Below the pieces are notes generated by a model. The model was not told where the DNA came from, did not search any database, and worked only from the letters and a program-made list of their open reading frames with translations. From Callorhinchus milii (lineage: Eukaryota), in assembly GCF_018977255.1 (NCBI RefSeq), contig NW_024704742.1, forward strand, positions 80,726,001 to 80,786,000: 60,000 nt of DNA. Direction: 5' to 3'. Each line of letters opens with the position of its first letter. Within the stretch, counting starts at the first letter, position 1. Shown one piece after another: positions 52,057 to 60,000 of this stretch. The position numbers and the translations under genes are program-made.

Positions 52057-52858
52057 ACAACAACAACAACAAGATTCCATTTATAGAGCGCCTTTCACGT
52101 CAGGAGGACGTCCCAAGGCGCTGTACAGTTGGGTCAGCACCCGAGCAGGGGGGAAATGGTCAGGGTGAGGGGAGAGAAGGGAGGGGGCAAGGAGGGGGTA
52201 GAGAGTCGAGAGGCGAGGTGAAGGCTCGCTCAAAGAGAAAGGTCTTGAGACCGGCCTTGAAGGAGGAAAGGGAGGAGGCGGCGAAGGCACTGGGGGATAG
52301 AGTTCCAAAGCCTCGGGGCTGAGAGGCTGAAGGCCCGGCCACGATGGTAGGGCGGTTGCGGCGAGGGATATGGAGCAGACTGGAGCCAGAGGAACGGAGG
52401 GTACGGGCGGGTAGGTAGGGGGATAGTAGGTCAGCGAGGTAGGAGGGAGCAAGGCCGTGAATGGCCTTGTAGGTGAGGATGAGGATCTTGAAATCGATCC
52501 TCTGGGGGATGGGGAGCCAGTGGAGGCGAGCGAGGGTGGGAGTGATGTGGTCCCGAAGCCTGGTGCGGGACAGTACACGAGCTGCAGAGTTCTGAATGAC
52601 CTGCAGCTTGTGGAGGGAGGTGGCGGGAAGGCCGGCGAGGAGAGAGTTCCCATAGTCCAGCCTTGAGGTGATAAAGGCGTGGACCAGGGTTTCAGCAGCG
52701 TGAGGGGTGAGGTAGTGCCGTAGTCTGGCGATATTCCGGAGGAGATGAAAGGCAGTGCCAGTTGTGGCGCGGATATGAGGGAGAAAGGACAGCTCAGGGT
52801 CGAACAGAACACCGAGGTTCCTGACCGGCTTTGAGATGTGGAGAGTGCAGCCTTGGAG
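52057..52858 (-). mobile_element. Young L2 3' portion
   Basis: ORF 52160-52870 VRNLGVLFD...SRLDYGNSLL...HITPTLARLHWLPI; (CAA)n tail. Confidence 0.95.
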
Positions 52859-52964
52859 GCTTTCATGCATTGTAGTGTCTTGGTGTGCTTAAAGACTTAA
52901 ATGTATGAATAACACAATCTATGAAAGTATGGATCAACTTCAGGCCATTAAGTTTCACAACACT

Positions 52965-53445
52965 TGGGCTGGGGATGGAAAGAGGACTGAAGGCACGGTG
53001 AAGGAGGAAGGTCTTGAGATGGACCTTGAAGGAGGCATTAATGGGAGAGGCGAAGTGGAGGGATTCTGGAATGGAATGACTGCCAATAATGGAGCAGGCA
53101 GGGTGAGGGGTCTGAGGGTATGTGGAGCAGGCAAAGAGAGTAGACAGGTTGGTAAAGTTTTAGTAAGTGGCAGAGGTAGGGAGGAACAAGTCTGTGGAGG
53201 GCTTTAAAGGTAAGAACAAGGATCAGTGAAACCAGGCGAGGATGGGGGTGATCAGTTGCGAAGCTTAGTGTGAGAGAGGATATAAGCTGCAGAATTCTGA
53301 ATAATCTGCAGCTTTTGGAGGGAAGAGTTGGGAAATGCAGAAAGCAGGGAGTTAGCGTAGTTAAACCTGGACGCAATGAAAGCATGGATGAGGGTTTCAG
53401 CAGCCTGAGTGTAGAGATAGTGGTGGAGGCGAGCAATGTATCGGA
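52965..53445 (-). mobile_element. Older L2 C-terminal fragment
   Basis: ILVLTFKALHRLVPPYL. Confidence 0.82.
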
Positions 53446-53555
53446 TCTAATAAATGGATCCACAAATGAATTTGTTAGATTCAATCTGTTCTTATTTTAC
53501 TCCACAATCCTAAAGAGCTTACTTCCCAATCATGCTAAGCGTGGGCAGGGATAAA

Positions 53556-53776
53556 TTCCACCAGAGTTTAGATTATTGATGTTGCATAATAGAATGTCCA
53601 TGTTAGAATTTTGCAAATTGCTGCGTACAGTCTTAACTTGGAAGTTAGTTTTCTGTAGTTCTGAAAAGAAACGTACAGAAAACTGGCTTCAAAATTAAGG
53701 CTGTATATGAGAATTTGCAAATTTCTGGATTCTCTGAAATGTTGTGTTAATAGAGTGAACCTAAATTCTGGTGGAA
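53556..53776. repeat. Palindromic MITE-like element (longest copy)
   Basis: Ends TTCCACCAGAGTTTAG / CTAAATTCTGGTGGAA; inner arms TTTGCAAATT / AATTTGCAAA and AGTTTTCTGTA / TACAGAAAACT. Confidence 0.78.
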
Positions 53777-54534
53777 ATGTTTCCTTATTTATGTTTAAAA
53801 GGGATTTGTAATTAGAATTAATGTGGTTTTATATGTGTAGTCATGTAAACGCATTCAAAATACAATATCAAACAAGATCGCAGTTCAGAGGATTATTGTG
53901 TGAAATGATCCACAAATTGCACAATTCCTTTGTTCTAAACACCACAAATTAACAGAAAATTAATGTTGCAAATATTATAAAACATGAGACATCAATGGAG
54001 CACGAAAGCTACAAAGACAATCAGTACTCAAAGGTTTAATTTGTAATTCCTCAGTATCTTCTCTCATTCAGCTTTGTTATTTCTATATATAATAATGCTT
54101 GCGTCTTGGAGACTTTGTTTTGTCCAGGTGAAGTGAGTCCTCTCAACAGCCACAGACTTGACTGAGAGTTGCAACCCAACATAAGAGTTGTGGTAAGAGG
54201 TCAGTGCTCAGAGGCAGAGACAGTCGTTCCACAAGGCTTTGCCATGATAACTGCATGTGTAAATACATCTTCAGCAATAAGCACCATCTGTTGTGCAGTC
54301 AGATGGAATCCCAGTTATGGAGAATGCTACAAGCGCAAGCTGCCATGAAGATGTAAGAGTCCAACACAGTTGAATTAACTTGAAGGCTCAGCATCACTGT
54401 TGGAATCTACTAAATGCTGTTAAATACTGTGCCATGTGATGTCTAAATTCCCAAACTCAAACATTGAAAGAGTTAATATTAATTTCACTGGTTCAGTAGA
54501 GTTCAACTATTCCTGGAACTATTCCTGGAAAGAC

Positions 54535-54800
54535 ATACAACAATTTGCATTTATATAGTGCCCTTCTCGCGGGGCAGCATCTCTCAGGACTTAACAATGA
54601 TGGAGCCTAATGCTAAACCAGTAGGAGGAGGAGGAGTAAGCACAGTAGAAGAGGAAGGTCTTCAGTCATGATCTAAAAGAGGGGATGGAGGGGACAAGGT
54701 GGAGGGTCTGGGAGAGAGAGTTCTAAAGTTTTGGGGGGTAGTGACTGAAAGCGCAACTGCCAATGGTGGAGTAGAGGGGACAAGGGAAAAGCAGAAGGCC
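54535..54800 (-). mobile_element. Old L2 3' fragment
   Basis: CAACAATTTGCATTTATATAGTGCC tail; GCTGAAAGCG-like motif. Confidence 0.75.
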
Positions 54801-54994
54801 AGAACCAGCTGAGGACGTACATCTTCAATGAAAACTTCAAGTAAGTTGGGAAGCGTACAACCAAACAAAGCACATGAATTTCAGGAGTAGGTAAACCCAT
54901 TTCATGATTTCATCCCCTCATTATCTGTCTTTAAATCTCAACTAAAAACTACCTCTTTCAGCACGCGTATGGTCCTTCTGAAGCACTCCAAGAT

Positions 54995-55640
54995 CGGGAT
55001 CCTTGGCTTCATAAATAGGGGCCTAGAATACAAAAGTGAGGTTATGATGAATCTTTATAAAAGACTGGTTAGGACTCAGCTAGAGTACTGTTCAATTCTG
55101 GGCACCACACTTTCAGAAGAATGTCAACACCTTGGAGAGGATGCAAAGGAGGTTTACCAGGATGGTACCAGGGATGAGGACTTCAGTTATGAGGAGAGAC
55201 TATAGCAGCTGTGATTGTTCTCCTTGGAGCAGAGAAGGTTAAGAGAAGATTTAATAGAGGTGTTCACAATTATGAGGGGATTTGATAGCGTGAATAGGGA
55301 GAAACTTTTTCCACTGGTGGGTGGGTCGGTAACCCGAGGACACCAATTTAAGATAGTTGTCAAAAGAACCAGAGGGGAGATGAGGACAACATTTTGCACA
55401 CGGATTGTGAAATCCGTGCTCGGATCTGGAATGGACTACTGAAAGGGTGGTGGAAGCAGATTTGATAACAACTTTCAAGAGAGAAGTGGATAAATATTTG
55501 GGGAAGACAAATCTGCATGGCTATGAGGAGAATGTGAGGGAGTGGGATTAATTTGGACAGCTCTTTTAAGAGCTGTCACAGGCAAAATGGGCAGAATGGC
55601 CTTTCTCTGTGCTGTATAATTCTATGATTCTATGATTTTA
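54995..55640 (+). mobile_element. CR1 LINE 3' portion
   Basis: ILGFINRGLEYKSEVMMNLYKRLVR; FSLEQRRLREDLIEVF...TRGHQFKI; (ATTCTATG)n tail. Confidence 0.93.
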
Positions 55641-55790
55641 TGTTATTCTATGTGAACGATGCAAGTTATCATTGTTGAGTTTTTGAATGGTTATTTTAGA
55701 GGGGTGAGATTCACCAATGGCAAGCATCAAGTAATACATGTTCTTTTGATGGACACTCACTAAAGTACAATATCAAAGCAAGTTAACATT

Positions 55791-55897
55791 ATTTGGAAAA
55801 TTCTTAAATTAACTTGGAAGCCAGTTTTCTGCAGTTAGTTTTAAGAACTGTAGAAAATCAACTTCCAAATTAAGATGGAATTGAAGAAATTTCCAAA
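55791..55897. repeat. Palindromic repeat family core
   Basis: TTTGGAAAATTCTT...TTGGAAG...TTTTCTGCAGTT / AACTGTAGAAAA...CTTCCAA...AAGAAATTTCCAAA. Confidence 0.7.
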
Positions 55898-56735
55898 CTG
55901 CTTTTCAAAGAGCAGGCACAGACACGATGGGCCGAACGGCCTCCTTTTGTGTTGTATAATTCTATGATTATATGCTGCACAATTCTGAATTATAAGACAA
56001 TAGTTTTAAGTCAGCCTGGCTCCATTAGTAAGCAAAACAGGGCGTGATGCTCAAATGCAAGGAGTATTTATTATGAAGTCTAAAACAACATAAAATTTCC
56101 ATCCTCTGTTGTTTGGTCTATGAGGACTTTTGCACAGCCTGGATGTAGCTGATTTGCCTGGAATTATATAGGGCTGCCATTAACAAGGGAGTAACTTCAT
56201 TGCCAATGTCTCTCATAACTAATCATCAAGTCTTCCTTCTGGTCTTGCCAAATGTGGGATAGCTGAGGTAGTCGAGATGATAAAATGTGGGATTCCTTGG
56301 CTTTCACAAGCCTCTACAAATTCATCCCATGATACATCTTGTGGTTTGGGTACACCCTTGGCTTTGTGTGGCATCAAATCTGCTTTATGATTTCAGTAGA
56401 TCATTCCGTCTTGGGAAGACGGCTATCTGATCATAAATGATGATACATTTGTACCTGTTGGTTTTTGCCTGGGGATCTACAAATCAGTGCAGTATTTTTG
56501 GTGCCTCTGTTACATACTTAGATAGTAAGAAACAGCAAACAGTGAAGTAAGATCGGGACCTGAGCAAAATTCAGGTGGACCAATGTGAGCCATATCTATG
56601 TCTTTGCAGGATTCTATTTTTATGAATGTGTATAAATTATTTCACAAATTCATGCAAAAAAGTTTCAGGGAGTTTCATTGGTCAATTTTCCTTTCCCACC
56701 CAATTTCCAGAAGTTCTTTGTGTATCAGATAATAT

Positions 56736-57092
56736 TAATCCTTGCATTTGCTATAGTGCCTTACTATATCATTGAGACATCTCAAAGAACTTCACAGATT
56801 ATTTTGTAAATTGAATTGACTGTGTATTTTGTGGGCAAAATGCAGCAGCCAATTGCACACCGCAGTGTCCCACAAACAGTCGTTTATTGAGTGATCAAGT
56901 TGTTTTGTGGGAGGAGGAATTATTACAACCGGAAAGCGATCCTCTAATTGACCAACAACCAGGATCCTACTTACTGCTAGGTAAACAGAGGCGTGTGGAG
57001 TAAGGAAACTTGCCTAACGCTTTACTCGGCCCTGGAATCGAACCTGGGTCCTCTCACATGAGGCAAGCTCACTAACCGCTACGCTAAGGGAT
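56736..57092 (-). mobile_element. tRNA-derived SINE, long subtype
   Basis: Carries AACAACCAGGATCCTACTTACTGCTAGGTAAACAGAG, as in the copy at 16.8 kb. Confidence 0.88.
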
Positions 57093-57379
57093 AGTATAAT
57101 TCCTTCATCATAGCAAGATCATTCACCCTATGAAGATAATTTGCTGTCTGCAATTTTATGTGCTAATCTTTGATCTCCCAGGCCCCCATCTCCATCACTC
57201 ACTTATTCTTCCCATGTCCCTCTACTTGTAAATCTTGTGTTCTGCTCAAGTGCTCCAGGTCTGAACTTGGGCTTTATTATCACTTTTTAAGAGCCTTTTC
57301 AACTGAAAAATGTTGTATGTATTAATATTCAGCTGATTTTAAATAAACTTACCCAGAGTTAAAATCCTTAACTCCATTA

Positions 57380-58080
57380 AGGCACATCCATGCCATGACC
57401 CGCTCTGCCTTCTCTTCCACAACATCACCCGGCTCCACCATTGTCTCACACTGCAGGCCACTGAAACCCTCATACATGCATTCATTACATCGAGGCTTGA
57501 CTATGCAAACTCCTTGCTTGTTGGCGTTTCCAGTTCTTCCCTCCATAGGCTGCAAATCATCCAGCACTCTGCAGCCCATGTCCTCTCCCACACCAGGCTC
57601 CATGACATATCACCCCATCCTCGCCCGACTCCACTGGCTTCCCATCACACAGAGCATACAGTTCAAGATCCTGGTCCTCACCTTCAAAGCCCTCCATGGT
57701 CTTGCCCCCCCCCGCATCTCTGCAACCTCCTAACCCCCTTCCATCCTGCCTGCTTCCTCCGCTCAGCAGGATCCGGCTTGCTTCACGTCCCTCGCATTGC
57801 CCGTCCCACCATTGGTGGGCGGGCCTTCTGCCACTCTGCCACCACCCTCTGGAACGCCATCCCGCAGACCTTCCACCTCGTTCCCTCCCTTGCCTCCTTC
57901 AAGAACCATCTCAAGACCCTCCTTTTCGACCGTGCTATCGATCACCCTATTTCTTCATCTGCCCTCCACCATCCCCAATCCCAACCCCCAGCTCGGGTTC
58001 GAAAATCTGACTGTCCAGCGCCTTTGGACATCCTCCCAATGTGGAAGGCGCTATACAAATGTAATGTTGTTGTTGTTGTT
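57380..58080 (+). mobile_element. L2 3' portion
   Basis: ILARLHWLPITQSIQFKILVLTFKALHGLAP; (TTG)n tail. Confidence 0.92.
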
Positions 58081-58449
58081 CATGAAAAGGTTCAGAATCC
58101 GAAATTAGTTATGATTATATGGAGCCTAAACCCTGTTGTCTTAAAATTGAGGATTGTGCAGAATTTGCAATGAAATTAAATTAAATTCTTAAATTTGTTT
58201 TTAAGTTTGATGCTAGATTTCTTAAAGAACTGTGGAAAATTGGCTTACAAATTAAGGCTGAATTTAGGAATTTTTCTGATCTAATTTTTATGACTGAATT
58301 TGAAGATGGAGAAATTTTGTGAGCATCACTAAATAAATTGTTAGTGCAAATTTACAATATTTATGTTTCCTGTCAACAATTTTCACACAGTTAGCAGAGA
58401 GCAGAACATTGGGCACTGGCCAAAAATAAACATAATTTCTCTCATTGTG

Positions 58450-59190
58450 TGTCAACTTGGTTGATAACAATCCTGGCGAAGAGTCAGAAAGTTGTGCATT
58501 CAAGCCCCATTCAGAAACCTGATATAGTCTAAGTTTACACACCAGTGCACTTCTTGGAGTGTGCTGTATTGTTGGTTGACACATTATACAGATGTCCTGT
58601 TTGCCTCTTCAAGTTGACATTTACAAAGATTTGCAAAGATTTCAAAAGCATGCACAGCACACAAACAGGTCACTCGGGCCCAATCAGTCAGTGCCAGCAT
58701 TTATATTTGCTCCCATACCCTTTTATTCCACTCTCCCTCATTCTAAGGTTTTGTTTCCTCTTGTTTCCTATGCAATCTGATTCAACCACCACTTCAGGCA
58801 GCAAGTTCCACAGCCTCAATACCCTCTGCATAAAGTAGTTCCTCCTAAATTCACCACCTGTCTGCTCATTCGCTAGCCCTTTTTATGTCTTCCTGCATTC
58901 TTCTTCAGTTTTTACCATAGACTGTTTGGTGTAATTTGTGAATTTCAACATCACATCTTCTATACCTGAATCCAAGTCACTTATGTATATGGTGAATGAA
59001 CTTCCTACCTCTTGCCAGCTTGAGAATTAAAGATCCCGACAAACCATTCAAAAAGAAAAGGGAATGTTTCTCGGTGTCCTAGCCATTAATCCCCCAGGAG
59101 AAATTGATTATTCAGTTCCTGGCTGCTTGTTGGACATTGCTATGCTCAAATTGGCTGCTGTATCCGCCTACAAAACAACCAGTCATTATA
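58450..59190. mobile_element. Old Deu-type SINE (+) interrupted by CR1 fragments (-, ~58640-59010)
   Basis: SINE head at ~58460 and continuation TTAAAGATCCC... at ~59030; CR1-like GGCAGCAAGTTCCACAGCCTCAATACCCTCTG in between. Confidence 0.65.
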
Positions 59191-59915
59191 AGAACATAAG
59201 AAATGCTACATGAAAAAAAGACAAAGATCCATTTAGTTCGCCTTCCACCTTCCTGACTGTCGCATGACATATGTCCTGAACTACCTATGTACTATATCCC
59301 ATAATTTTATTATCTAAAAAATAAACCAACAACTACTTGCACTTATTTAGCGCCTTCCACACAGGGTAGCATCTCAGAGTACTTAAAAGTAGTGGAGCAT
59401 GACAGCCGGGGGGTGGGGTGGATGGTGGGGGAGAGATGACTGTAAGCATGGTCAAAAAAAAAGGTTTTCAGGCAGGACTTGAAAAAGAGAATGTTTCTCG
59501 GTGTCCTAGCCATTAATCCCCCAGGAGAAATTGATTATTCAGTTCCTGGCTGCTTGTTGGACATTGCTATGCTCAAATTGGCTGCTGTATCCGCCTACAA
59601 AACAACCAGTCATTATAAGAACATAAGAAATGCTACATGAAAAAAAGACAAAGATCCATTTAGTTCGCCTTCCACCTTCCTGACTGTCGCATGACATATG
59701 TCCTGAACTACCTATGTACTATATCCCATAATTTTATTATCTAAAAAATAAACCAACAACTACTTGCACTTATTTAGCGCCTTCCACACAGGGTAGCATC
59801 TCAGAGTACTTAAAAGTAGTGGAGCATGACAGCCGGGGGGTGGGGTGGATGGTGGGGGAGAGATGACTGTAAGCATGGTCAAAAAAAAAGGTTTTCAGGC
59901 AGGACTTGAAAAAGA
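59062..59915. repeat. 427-bp tandem duplication (59062-59488, 59489-59915)
   Basis: The two copies look identical by eye, including homopolymer lengths. Confidence 0.95.
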
Positions 59916-60000
59916 GGAGAGAGGGGGCAAGGCGGAGGGATTAAAAGAGTATTCCATGTTCTGAGGCATAGTGGTTAAAAGCGCATTTGAACACGAGTGT

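Noticed and set aside
52081..52866. Ser/Pro-rich 261-aa ORF and similar ORFs at 5973, 11668 and 57514
   Set aside because: They are alternative frames of C-rich L2 3' regions.

Overview
This is eukaryotic, repeat-rich, non-coding DNA from a vertebrate. The repeats (young L2 LINEs with (TTG)n tails, CR1 LINEs with (ATTCTATG)n tails, tRNA-headed SINEs with (TTA)n tails, Deu-type SINE relics) suggest a cartilaginous fish, possibly a chimaera; this is inference from repeat style only. I find no recognisable host gene, rRNA, true tRNA gene or CRISPR array, and nearly all ORFs in the track are retroelement fragments or their antisense shadows. The main contents are two decayed Gypsy/Ty3 elements (one compact, with both LTRs, a tRNA-Leu PBS and a 5-bp TSD), many L2, CR1 and SINE copies, a hAT-type MITE, a dispersed palindromic repeat family and several local duplications. 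The best leads are: (1) a decayed non-LTR RT at ~13.0-14.2 kb that is neither L2 nor CR1, with a ~35-bp degenerate minisatellite directly upstream; (2) a Penelope-type minimal hammerhead motif at 9.83-9.87 kb; (3) two young L2 copies sharing the same ORF2 frameshift; (4) an L2 whose 3' 400 bp is inverted in a geometry unlike twin priming; (5) SINE tail and central-domain variants. None is a demonstrated new system. Boundaries of decayed repeats are approximate.
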